This document shows, piece after piece, positions 1 through 8,528 of a DNA stretch of 38,014 nucleotides. The position numbers and the translations under genes are program-made. The stretch's first letter is position 1. Each line of letters starts with the position of its first letter. The notes under the pieces are model-generated. The model saw nothing but the letters and a program-made list of their open reading frames with translations. It made no database searches and had not been told where the DNA came from. Origin of the DNA: a virus (lineage: Duplodnaviria > Caudoviricetes); IMG/VR virus record IMGVR_UViG_3300049828_000145, positions 1 to 38,014 of that record, one strand, 5' to 3'.

Positions 1-67
1 CTACAGTTTTATACACTGAGTACAGCTAGGGGAACACCTTGCGTGCTACACACTAATAACTAACACT

Positions 68-199
68 ATGACACTTAGAGACGAAATACTACAATCAATA
101 GAAGAAAACAAAAAGGCAAAATCTTACATGCACAAAGTAGATGTTTATACAATATGTATACTTATAGCGTGTATATTACTAGCAACAACTTTTTTATAA
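68..199 (+). CDS. small hypothetical membrane protein (43 aa)
   Basis: Read by hand: MTLRDEILQSIEENKKAKSYMHKVDVYTICILIACILLATTFL*; hydrophobic C-terminus; tightly packed with the next ORF. Confidence 0.55.
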   Translation: MTLRDEILQSIEENKKAKSYMHKVDVYTICILIACILLATTFL

Positions 200-200
200 T

Positions 201-347
201 ATGTTAAACAAAAAAGACATACAAACAGTAATTGACGGGCTTATGTTACTACTAGATAAAACACTAGAAGAAAATAACAACGATATAGAAAAGATAGAAA
301 ACGAAATAAACGAAATAATATTAAAAATAAAATCACTTGAGATATGA
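201..347 (+). CDS. small hypothetical protein (48 aa)
   Basis: MLNKKDIQTVIDGLMLLLDKTLEENNNDIEKIENEINEIILKIKSLEI*; stop overlaps the next start as ATGA. Confidence 0.6.
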   Translation: MLNKKDIQTVIDGLMLLLDKTLEENNNDIEKIENEINEIILKIKSLEI

Positions 348-742
348 AAAAAACAGATATAATACAACTTATAGAATCAAAAGGGAAAGACTGGGTATAC
401 GTAGGTGACTATCACACCATAGACCAGTACGAAGTGAAGGAGATTATAGAAAATCTTGATAATGAAGAGTATGAAGACTACGAGGAGATATACGACGAGC
501 TAACGTATGACGGGGATTTGCAAGAATACGCCGACAATGCAACACCTATCTACTACTATGACCTCGCCAAATGGTTCGGCGAGAATTGGTACGCAGTCAA
601 CGACTATTTAGACGAGTTTGGAGAGATTGCACACAATAAGTGGCGACCCGACATTATGAAAACAATCCAAGGTGCCTACTGTATAACATACGAAAGAGAC
701 CTAACAAGCGCGATAGAGTTAATTATAGAAGAATTAGAATAA
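344..742 (+). CDS. ocr: Ocr-like (T7 gp0.3) acidic DNA-mimic anti-restriction protein
   Basis: Very D/E-rich 132 aa; ADNATPIYYYDL matches the T7 Ocr core ADNAVPHYYADI; PDIMKTIQ resembles Ocr PDTKDVIRILQ; early-gene context. Confidence 0.75.
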   Translation: MKKTDIIQLIESKGKDWVYVGDYHTIDQYEVKEIIENLDNEEYEDYEEIYDELTYDGDLQEYADNATPIYYYDLAKWFGENWYAVNDYLDEFGEIAHNKWRPDIMKTIQGAYCITYERDLTSAIELIIEELE

Positions 743-754
743 GTAAAATACACC

Positions 755-1072
755 ATGACTTTAGTAGTGGATAAATATTTGATACCGAAAGCGCTCAAAA
801 AAACAACTAAATACACAGATGAAGACCGTGACAAAGTAAAGGCATTACATAAACAAGGCATAAGTATACATGGTATATCTAAACAAATACCCATGTCACG
901 CAGAATGGTGCAGTTTATTCTATACCCCGAACGTGCTGAACTAGCAAAAAAGAACTTTGCAAAGAGACAAAAAGACGGGCGTTACAGGTATACAACACAA
1001 AAACAATCAGATATGGTTAAAGCGTGTAGACAAAGAAAAAAGGAAATAATAGATAAACTTATATTAAAATAG
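755..1072 (+). CDS. basic helix-turn-helix DNA-binding protein
   Basis: YTDEDRDKVKALHKQGISIHGISKQIPMSRRMVQFIL fits a typical HTH pattern. Confidence 0.65.
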   Translation: MTLVVDKYLIPKALKKTTKYTDEDRDKVKALHKQGISIHGISKQIPMSRRMVQFILYPERAELAKKNFAKRQKDGRYRYTTQKQSDMVKACRQRKKEIIDKLILK

Positions 1073-1073
1073 T

Positions 1074-1625
1074 ATGAAAACAATCACAAAGACCATAGAT
1101 ATATACGAATTGCACGAACTTGAAGAAGAAGCAAAAAATAGAGCTTTAGAAGACTGGAGGGTAGGGAATTATTACTTTTTCCTAGAGTCTCACTTATACA
1201 ATCTATTAAAAGAGAAACTTGACGAAAATAATATAAAATATATAGATAATAACTGTAAAACAAAAGACGGACTTTGTTTACTATACTCATTATCACATAG
1301 TCAGGGTGATGGTTTATGTTTTACGGGTACTTTTGAGTATAGAGACATTACTGTTTATGTAACCCATAATTTTAGATATTATCATTCACAAAGTACTACT
1401 ATAGAAGCGCAAGAAACTAACAATCTAGGCTATCATATAGACGAAAGCGAACCTTTATACCAGCAAGAGAAAATATTTAGAGGAATATACGAGAGTATAT
1501 GCAAAGACTTAGAAGTACAAGGCTATGACTTTATAGAGTATGAGGACAGTATGGAAAACTTCGCAGAGTGTTGTATGTCAAACAATTACACCTTTACTAA
1601 AGACGGCGAAATGATAAACGAATAA
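1074..1625 (+). CDS. acidic early protein, SQGDG-motif family (often annotated 'antitoxin of toxin-antitoxin stability system')
   Basis: IYELHELEEEAKNRA N-terminus, YSLSHSQGDGLCFTG core and YTFTKDG C-terminus resemble this mobile-element family; true function uncertain. Confidence 0.55.
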   Translation: MKTITKTIDIYELHELEEEAKNRALEDWRVGNYYFFLESHLYNLLKEKLDENNIKYIDNNCKTKDGLCLLYSLSHSQGDGLCFTGTFEYRDITVYVTHNFRYYHSQSTTIEAQETNNLGYHIDESEPLYQQEKIFRGIYESICKDLEVQGYDFIEYEDSMENFAECCMSNNYTFTKDGEMINE

Positions 1626-1635
1626 TACAAATACA

Positions 1636-1803
1636 ATGGAACACACTACACTAAACACCAACATACTTACAAACGAAGAGCTCACAGAAGCAAGGGAAGA
1701 ACTAATATCTACACTATCAGAAAACACCAACGGGGCTTTAGATGATGTTATAAGCTCTTTACTAGAAGTAGAGAGAGCACTAACACTAAGAGAATCATGT
1801 TAG
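1636..1803 (+). CDS. small acidic hypothetical protein (55 aa)
   Basis: MEHTTLNTNILTNEELTEAREELISTLSENTNGALDDVISSLLEVERALTLRESC*. Confidence 0.55.
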   Translation: MEHTTLNTNILTNEELTEAREELISTLSENTNGALDDVISSLLEVERALTLRESC

Positions 1804-1867
1804 AAGTTATATTGATACTAAGTGTACTAATGCTACTACATAGAATAATAAAGAAAATAATAATATC

Positions 1868-1889
1868 ATTGACAGATTATTGACAGATT
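1868..1889 (+). repeat. tandem 11-bp repeat ATTGACAGATT x2
   Basis: attgacagatt-attgacagatt seen directly; each copy contains TTGACA. Confidence 0.8.
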
Positions 1890-1915
1890 ACAAAAACATT
1901 GTATTTATACACCAG

Positions 1916-1943
1916 AAACACCTTAGAACACAAGGTGTTTTTT
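1916..1943 (+). terminator. intrinsic terminator of the early cassette
   Basis: aaacacctt-agaacac-aaggtgttt followed by a T run. Confidence 0.75.
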
Positions 1944-1947
1944 GTAC

Positions 1948-1975
1948 TTGACACTTGACGCTGATGTTGTATTAT
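1948..1975 (+). promoter_or_regulatory. sigma70-type promoter for terS, probably leaderless
   Basis: TTGACA(1948)-16 bp-TATTAT(1970); ATG 6 nt after the -10. Confidence 0.6.
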
Positions 1976-1981
1976 TATTAA

Positions 1982-2389
1982 ATGGATAATGAAATACTAC
2001 CAGAAGCAAGGATAAAGCAGGCACGTGAATATATTTTAAATAAGGCTAAAGGGCTTAGTAAGTATGATAGCGCTATAGAAGCTGGTTATAGTCATAATAC
2101 AGCTAGAATACCGAAAGTACTCGAAGGCAGGCGCTCTTATGCTGTAGCTTTGCAACAGATTTTAGATGACAACACTAATGTTATAGAGTCAATCTTGACA
2201 AGTGTCTCAAAAGATATAGAAAGTAATAAACTAGACGCGCTAGACATGAAGGAGAAAGTGGACATCTACAAAAAAATGGCAGAAGTACACAAGATATTGA
2301 CTCCACAAGTCACCATTAAAGAGGAACAATTAAAAGACGGTACTACTAAAAGGACTGTTTGGGGGACTACAGGCAACACAGGAGAATAA
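1982..2389 (+). CDS. terS: terminase small subunit
   Basis: KYDSAIEAGYSHNTAR matches the TerS N-terminal A-x-x-AGYS motif; 135 aa; upstream of terL. Confidence 0.75.
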   Translation: MDNEILPEARIKQAREYILNKAKGLSKYDSAIEAGYSHNTARIPKVLEGRRSYAVALQQILDDNTNVIESILTSVSKDIESNKLDALDMKEKVDIYKKMAEVHKILTPQVTIKEEQLKDGTTKRTVWGTTGNTGE

Positions 2390-2467
2390 AAAGGCTTTAT
2401 TTATAAGGCTTTTGCTCGGTAATGTTGTACAGTACTCATTTTGCGACATTGAACTCACGCCACACTT

Positions 2468-2489
2468 GACACTCTTAGAAGAGTGTTTT
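2468..2489 (+). terminator. terminator-like hairpin downstream of terS
   Basis: gacactctt-ag-aagagtgtt followed by tt. Confidence 0.5.
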
Positions 2490-2562
2490 GTTATATACCA
2501 TAATACTAGACCATAGATTTTATGGTTAGTCAATGAGATTGTTGACAGGTTATGACGTACAT

Positions 2563-2640
2563 GGTGATGTGGGGGGGAGACCCTTTCCGCTTGGGTGGGG
2601 TCGTAAAGTAAAAAAAGGAGTCCTGTACCCCTACCATCCC
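2563..2640. other. G-tract/C-tract element, candidate packaging (pac/end) signal
   Basis: ggtgatgtGGGGGGGagaccc...gggtggggtc...cccctaccatccc in otherwise AT-rich DNA just downstream of terS. Confidence 0.35.
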
Positions 2641-2769
2641 ATAACAACTTATATACACAGAGAATAACTTATAGGTTCTGTGTACTGGTTGTAATAAAGT
2701 TAAAAAAGCAACCATAACTATTGCAAACTGTATTATTTAAATTAAATACTGCCCTCGGTAAACCTCGGT

Positions 2770-3141
2770 CAATCAGCTCGATAAACTCGCTGATACGACT
2801 AGTATTATTATATATTGTACACTTTTCATTAAGTACAAGAATGGCCTACTAGCCATATAGCTTCTAGTCTGTAAGATAGTATTAGTTACTTTCCTACTAA
2901 AGAGATTTATCTAATATTTCCTAGCTAGTCATGTGGCCGTTGGTACGGAATTGAGCATCGTCGCTATCTGATACTAGTACGGTATACACGTTACTCCCCT
3001 AGACTCTCCGTGTATATTTTGGGTCTTTTCACCAAGTACTCAGGAGACTGCCTGAGACATCAGACCTTGCACACAAGATTTAATAGGCTTCCAGTGGGGG
3101 CTCTTGTTTGTGCGTTAGCCAACCCTTTCCACCAGGTTTAT
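2770..3141 (-). ncRNA. candidate novel structured ncRNA (~380 nt; 3' end uncertain)
   Basis: Perfect promoter directly upstream, no ORF, about 10 adjacent or nested helices (see findings). Confidence 0.6.
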
Positions 3142-3147
3142 TTTAAT

Positions 3148-3176
3148 ATTATATAGTTTTTACCACTAGATGTCAA
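3148..3176 (-). promoter_or_regulatory. consensus sigma70 promoter, leftward
   Basis: Minus-strand TTGACA (3176-3171)-17 bp-TATAAT (3153-3148). Confidence 0.85.
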
Positions 3177-3193
3177 CTTAAAACCACCACTTG

Positions 3194-3222
3194 TTGACAA
3201 TCTATCTAAGTAGTTGTATATT
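3194..3222 (+). promoter_or_regulatory. sigma70 promoter for terL, leaderless
   Basis: TTGACA(3194)-17 bp-TATATT(3217); ATG 6 nt downstream. Confidence 0.8.
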
Positions 3223-3228
3223 CAGTAA

Positions 3229-4959
3229 ATGGATGTAATCGAACAACTCCTCGATGTAGTAGTAACAATGGACGGTAGACCTGTAAAGGTTAATACCCTA
3301 CCTGTAGATTTGCAGGTAGATTTTTTAGTATCTAACCATTTTGATGTGTTTAGAAGTAAAGAAGCTTGTTTATGGAGGTTGCAACACCTGTACTACATAA
3401 TGACTAAAGACGGTCAGAAGAAAAGATTTAAACTTAACAAAGCCCAGCTACACTTTTTTAATAATTACCTAAGCCTTGGGTATAAGAAGATAGTTATCCT
3501 AAAGTCTCGACAGCTTGGGATGACTACTCTTATAAGTCTTTATTTCCTAGACCAAGTTATATTTAGACCTAACTCTGAAGCTCTACAGATTGCTCACACC
3601 CTTAAAGACGCTAGCGAGATTTTTAATAGAAAGATTGTATATGCAATTAAAAACTTACCAAATCCTATAAAGGAGGTATTGGATATATCACAAGCTAAAG
3701 CCAACAGACAACAGTTTTCCTACCCAGACGGCTCAGTGTCTGCTATCGGTGTCAGCAACTCAGCTCGTTCTGGTACGTTTAGCGTTGGTGTGCATATTTC
3801 TGAGTTGGGTAAACTAGCTAAATTATACCAAGGTCGTGCTGAAGAAATAGTTACTGGTACCTTACCAGCGGTTCCTGTTGGCGGGCAAGCAATAATAGAG
3901 TCAACGGCCGAGGGAGCTTCTGGGTTATTCTACGAGATATTTATGGGGTCGTGGAAGATACGAGATGATATAACTCCAGCAATGAGTAGGGCTCACTTTA
4001 AACCAGTCTTCTACAATTGGACATGGGACACAGAAGAAATAGAAGCTGCGTCAGTTGATGGTTTAATATCAGTGTATCAAATGGAGGAGTGTGAGATTGA
4101 CTGGAAAGAATATCAAATAGAAAACGCTCTAAGTGATAAAGAGATTAACTTCTACTACTTGAAGTACATAAACGCAAACAAAGACGTTGATAAGCTACAC
4201 CAAGAGTACCCAACTCATCCAATGGAAGCGTTCTTGTCATCAGGTTCTCCTTACTTCAATTCACGTAAGGCAGCTCAGTTCCTAGACATGTGTGACAACA
4301 ACTACAAACGTTACTCATTTATAAACGGTAAGTTTGAGCCAGACGACAGAGGTGATTTGATTATCTACGAAGAACCTAAAGGTGGTAAAAACTATGTAAT
4401 ATCTGGTGACGTAGCAGAAGGACTACTTAATGGTGACTACTCTGTTGCTATGGTTGTAGGATATGATAAAAAGATTAAAGCGTTATACAGAGGACACCTA
4501 GAGCCAGACGAATACGAAGCCTTAATACGAGCATTAGGATTTAAATACAACACAGCACTCCTTGCGGTAGAGTTCAATAAAGATGGTAACTGGGTAAACA
4601 CAGCTCTTAGGAACAACGAATATCCTAATTTATATATAAGAACTACAGTAGATGATATTACAAAAGAAGTAACACGTTCTTATGGTTGGTTGACAAACAA
4701 GAAAAATCGTGACTTTATGCTTGGTGAAGCAAAAAAACACTTTAACACCACAGAAAGTATTAACTGTAAACCACTTCTTGAAGAAATACTTACTTTTGTG
4801 AGAGATAAACGAGGTAAACCACAAGCCGCTGAAGGTAAACACGATGACGTTGTAATTTGTTACGCTATTGCTATGGCTGTACTGCAAGGAAGAGAAGATA
4901 CAAAGGAAGAAAAACCACAAACTAGCTCTCTTATTGGTGCTGTATTCAATATTAAATAA
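3229..4959 (+). CDS. terL: terminase large subunit
   Basis: Walker A LKSRQLGMTT, Walker B VHISE, coupling motif ESTA, RNase H-like nuclease GDVAEG...GDYS...HDDVV. Confidence 0.95.
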   Translation: MDVIEQLLDVVVTMDGRPVKVNTLPVDLQVDFLVSNHFDVFRSKEACLWRLQHLYYIMTKDGQKKRFKLNKAQLHFFNNYLSLGYKKIVILKSRQLGMTTLISLYFLDQVIFRPNSEALQIAHTLKDASEIFNRKIVYAIKNLPNPIKEVLDISQAKANRQQFSYPDGSVSAIGVSNSARSGTFSVGVHISELGKLAKLYQGRAEEIVTGTLPAVPVGGQAIIESTAEGASGLFYEIFMGSWKIRDDITPAMSRAHFKPVFYNWTWDTEEIEAASVDGLISVYQMEECEIDWKEYQIENALSDKEINFYYLKYINANKDVDKLHQEYPTHPMEAFLSSGSPYFNSRKAAQFLDMCDNNYKRYSFINGKFEPDDRGDLIIYEEPKGGKNYVISGDVAEGLLNGDYSVAMVVGYDKKIKALYRGHLEPDEYEALIRALGFKYNTALLAVEFNKDGNWVNTALRNNEYPNLYIRTTVDDITKEVTRSYGWLTNKKNRDFMLGEAKKHFNTTESINCKPLLEEILTFVRDKRGKPQAAEGKHDDVVICYAIAMAVLQGREDTKEEKPQTSSLIGAVFNIK

Positions 4960-4974
4960 CTTAGTACAACATAT

Positions 4975-5003
4975 TTGACAAAAAGTAAAGCTAATGCTAA
5001 TAT
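4975..5003 (+). promoter_or_regulatory. sigma70 promoter (extended -10) for portal
   Basis: TTGACA(4975)-17 bp-TAATAT(4998) with TGn extension; ATG 9 nt after the -10. Confidence 0.7.
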
Positions 5004-5012
5004 TTTGTTTAT

Positions 5013-7124
5013 ATGGCAACAACTACAAGTGAGAAATCACAAGAATCTCCTCTTAATAAGAAAAAACACCCAACAATAAGCTTTCTTGAGAACAAAAAGA
5101 CAGAAATGAAAGAAAGTAAGTATCGTAAGAAGTTCGATACTCTTGCTTCTGAGATTAAACAAAATCTTGTTAACACAGAAACAACTCGTGGGACTATAGA
5201 CCAATCACAAAGAACTCTTGTATATTTCCCAACAGTAAGACCAGACGGCTCTACTGATTATGCCGTATTCCCAAGACTACCTTCAAAAGACGATGATATA
5301 TCAGACGTACCAAGAGCAGCGGAACCTATTTCTTTCTCTAAGATTCTTATTGCTGCTTCTGCTATTGCTGGCAATATTCCAGACGGAGAAACTTTCTCTG
5401 TTAATAAAATAAAAGCTCGTGCGTACTATGAACTATGGAAGCGTTCTTGGACTGTGTCTGAATCTAATGGTCAGAACACCTTATCAGTGTCTGCACAAGA
5501 TATATTCACTTACGGTTGGGGTGCTTGGAGGGTGTTCCCTAAATTAGAAGTTGTTGATAAGACAATAAAAGGAACTAAGACTAAAAAGATTATTTTTGAC
5601 GACGTATACCGAGAACCACTAGACCCACGTAGAACATGGCTTGGGTTATCATACAGACCAACAGTAAACGATAACCGTGTAGAGTGTTTGTATGAAATAG
5701 ATATAACCAAAGAAGATTACCAGAAACTAAAGAAACGTTATGGTAAACGAAACAAAGAAACAGCAGGTGTTTCTCTTGAGAGCCAAAACGAAGACCCTAA
5801 CACATCTTCTAAAAAAGTAACCATCACTTTCTATGAAGACCCAAAGAACAATAGAATGATTATTGCTTCTGACACAACTCCTTTGTATGACGGTGAAATG
5901 CCTAATGATGAAGTGTACGGTGGTGTTGTAGTTGGACAGTGTTTCCTAGCAGACCACAACGACCCTTACGGGGTTGGTTTGTATGAAATGATGCGTGGTA
6001 ATGAAACAATCTATAACTACGTTAATTCAATTAACACAGAACAAGTTGTTGCCGAAGTACGACCTATTTTGTTTGGTATCGGAATGACTGGTAATGGAAA
6101 CCTTACATACAAACGAGGTTCTAATCAAATTAACCCACTTCCTCAAGGGGCTAAAGTAGACAAAATACTTACCACAGGAAATGTAACTCTTGGTGTTAAT
6201 TTTGCTAACCAACAGAAACAAGACATCGAAGAAAACACTGGTGTAAATAATATTGTAGCTGGTTCTGGAGCTGACTCAACTCTAGGAGCTACTGTGATTC
6301 TAAAAGAAGCTGCGCTTAACCGTCTTATTCGCCCACGAAACTCACTCAAGCAAATGATTGAGAACGATGCGTGCATTTTCTTCTCATGGCTTGAACAAGA
6401 CCAAATAGAACCAAGAGAGTTTATATTTTCTACCCAAGAAGAAATAGACATGTTTGTGCAAGTTAACCCACAGTTTAATGTAGAAGCAGACGAAGCTGAA
6501 TATGAATACGATGAATTTGGTATTCCACAAAAGATGCCAGTATACGCTAGCATGCGTGTTCCAGTGAACTTTGACTACTCACAAGAAGACTTAATGGATT
6601 CAGACTTTATGAACCAAAACATAAATGAACTTGGTGACGCTAAGTACGTTATGTCTCGTAGAGCTATCCTACAAAGCACACAAGCACTTGATAACCCAGA
6701 GCAGATTGGTTATGACAAAGTAACACTTAAGGTTGATGCCAATTCAATGCTTGTCCCTTCTGTTGAAATCCAGAAACAAACATCAATGCAGTTGTTCCCT
6801 ATTGTACAGAATGCAATAACAATTATATACGGTTTAGCTCGTCAAGACCCAGAACAAGCCGTTGCGCAATTACAGTCTCTTGAAACATTCCTTGAGACAC
6901 AGAAAGAGAATATCTACAACTACATTCCTAAGAATAGTTACGACATGATAATGACAAAACAAATGGCAATGCCTATGCCGATGATGGGGGCAACGCAAGC
7001 AGACGGTACATCAGTAACACAACCACAATCACCAGAAGAGGTTGGTAGCTCACAAAGCCCAATGAACGCAGCAGTGTCAGCATCAATGACAAGAGCAAGT
7101 AAACAAGCTCCAACGAGCCAATAA
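5013..7124 (+). CDS. portal protein (P22/podovirus-like)
   Basis: 703 aa directly after terL; DPYGVGLYE and QDIEENTGVN segments typical of this portal class; low-complexity Q/M/P tail. Confidence 0.85.
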   Translation: MATTTSEKSQESPLNKKKHPTISFLENKKTEMKESKYRKKFDTLASEIKQNLVNTETTRGTIDQSQRTLVYFPTVRPDGSTDYAVFPRLPSKDDDISDVPRAAEPISFSKILIAASAIAGNIPDGETFSVNKIKARAYYELWKRSWTVSESNGQNTLSVSAQDIFTYGWGAWRVFPKLEVVDKTIKGTKTKKIIFDDVYREPLDPRRTWLGLSYRPTVNDNRVECLYEIDITKEDYQKLKKRYGKRNKETAGVSLESQNEDPNTSSKKVTITFYEDPKNNRMIIASDTTPLYDGEMPNDEVYGGVVVGQCFLADHNDPYGVGLYEMMRGNETIYNYVNSINTEQVVAEVRPILFGIGMTGNGNLTYKRGSNQINPLPQGAKVDKILTTGNVTLGVNFANQQKQDIEENTGVNNIVAGSGADSTLGATVILKEAALNRLIRPRNSLKQMIENDACIFFSWLEQDQIEPREFIFSTQEEIDMFVQVNPQFNVEADEAEYEYDEFGIPQKMPVYASMRVPVNFDYSQEDLMDSDFMNQNINELGDAKYVMSRRAILQSTQALDNPEQIGYDKVTLKVDANSMLVPSVEIQKQTSMQLFPIVQNAITIIYGLARQDPEQAVAQLQSLETFLETQKENIYNYIPKNSYDMIMTKQMAMPMPMMGATQADGTSVTQPQSPEEVGSSQSPMNAAVSASMTRASKQAPTSQ

Positions 7125-7147
7125 TTACAAACTAACTAGCAAAAGCT

Positions 7148-7402
7148 ATGAACGAACCAGTGAATCCACTTGAATTACATAAAGAAGCAATCGCTCGAAT
7201 ATTTACTTACGCGAATGTACAACCAATATTAGAGGTATTAAGACATTGTAGACCATTAAAAAGCAGAAACGTCAAGGAGTCAGAATTTGAAACTATAGTT
7301 AATGCAGCTAAAGAAGATGCTTACGATGATTTAATGGAAAGCATTGTACAATTTATTATAAACAATAATGCCGAGCCTAGGGCTAAGGTTATACCAAGAT
7401 AA
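7148..7402 (+). CDS. hypothetical protein (head module)
   Basis: 84-aa ORF co-oriented after the portal. Confidence 0.7.
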   Translation: MNEPVNPLELHKEAIARIFTYANVQPILEVLRHCRPLKSRNVKESEFETIVNAAKEDAYDDLMESIVQFIINNNAEPRAKVIPR

Positions 7403-7403
7403 T

Positions 7404-7907
7404 ATGGAAGGATACATACACGAGAATGACAACTTTTCGATGGTTGTTAAATGGGATAAGGACTCTACAGAAAAAGGTTTAATTAAAATTATTCCAAAGA
7501 AAGAAGAAATAATTATATCAGCAGACGATATGCTTGATGTTATAAGAACTCAGTTTCACGAGAAACAGTTAGCACAAGCGTTATCAACGACAGACACTAC
7601 ATTTATTCCATCTGTTGAGGTTGCTGTTCCAATACACTTTAATGCAAATAAAGACATTAAAAAGGGTGAGTTAGTACAGTTCTATGCACCAATGACTTTT
7701 CCTCTAGGTATAGCTCTTGTAATGGAAGCACACAGACTCTGTATTGATAAAAAAGAAGACATCTTAAAAATACCACGAGAAGCTTATGAAGAAGCTCAGA
7801 AAACTCTTATGCAAAACAGTGAAGAGTTTGTTGAAACTGTTTTCAAGAAACAGATACAAGATGTTAAAGACAAGATAGCTGCCGAAACGGCTAAGGCAGC
7901 TGAATAA
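7404..7907 (+). CDS. hypothetical protein
   Basis: ORF track starts at 7368; ATG 7404 directly after the upstream stop is the more likely start. Confidence 0.7.
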   Translation: MEGYIHENDNFSMVVKWDKDSTEKGLIKIIPKKEEIIISADDMLDVIRTQFHEKQLAQALSTTDTTFIPSVEVAVPIHFNANKDIKKGELVQFYAPMTFPLGIALVMEAHRLCIDKKEDILKIPREAYEEAQKTLMQNSEEFVETVFKKQIQDVKDKIAAETAKAAE

Positions 7908-7926
7908 AAGCCGACTAGTAATAACT

Positions 7927-8454
7927 ATGAACGAAAATACTCAAAAAACAGAAAAAGAAACTAAATCAAAAAAATTTGATGGAGTTGTAACTTTCAAAGA
8001 ACCTATTAACATTAACACATATCAAGACGTAACTAAGAAGATATTTCTTAGTGATGACGAAGTAGAAAAGTTTATTGGAGACACTGACCCAAGTCTTTAT
8101 TTCAAAGACGGAAGAATTCCTTTATATGTACCTAAGTCTTTTGGAACGTTACTTTCAGAAGAACGACCAGAAACACTAGTGTTGCGTAAGGAATGGCCTT
8201 TGTACAAAGAAGCACTATTGTTCAAGCACGACATGCAGAACATTTATACCATTCTTATTCCTAAGAAATATTCTGAACACGAACTTAATGAATCAGGTGA
8301 TTTTAGAAGTAACTTCGTAAGATATGACACACGCTCAGTAGCCTTCACTGGTGGAATGGGTAGACCTTCATCTTTTGAACCAGACTACTTTAAGAAACAT
8401 TTGGTGACGATTAAAAGACATCTTGATAAAGCAAAAGATTTAAGAGGTCTATAA
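7927..8454 (+). CDS. hypothetical protein
   Basis: 175-aa ORF in the operon. Confidence 0.75.
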   Translation: MNENTQKTEKETKSKKFDGVVTFKEPININTYQDVTKKIFLSDDEVEKFIGDTDPSLYFKDGRIPLYVPKSFGTLLSEERPETLVLRKEWPLYKEALLFKHDMQNIYTILIPKKYSEHELNESGDFRSNFVRYDTRSVAFTGGMGRPSSFEPDYFKKHLVTIKRHLDKAKDLRGL

Positions 8455-8457
8455 TAC

Positions 8458-8486
8458 TTGACAAGTTTACAAGCGTAATTTATAAT
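8458..8486 (+). promoter_or_regulatory. perfect consensus sigma70 promoter for the scaffold-capsid operon
   Basis: TTGACA(8458)-17 bp-TATAAT(8481); SD-like AAAGGAG before ATG 8529. Confidence 0.9.
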
Positions 8487-8528
8487 TATAACTAATACAA
8501 CGCCAACCCTTGCGATAAAGGAGTATCT

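Noticed and set aside
2330-2715. Minus-strand ORFs 2330-2647 and 2530-2715
   Set aside because: Atypical composition, overlap terS and the G-tract element; likely spurious
2797-2870. Group I intron P7-like GACUA/UAGUC pair
   Set aside because: No interrupted host gene on that strand and no recognisable P3/P4/P6 or J8/7 consensus
3026-3063. Hammerhead-like CUGAUG...hairpin...GAAA on the minus strand
   Set aside because: Core reads CUGAUGU, not CUGANGA, and GAAA is separated from the stem by 8 nt; no stem III/cleavage triplet geometry
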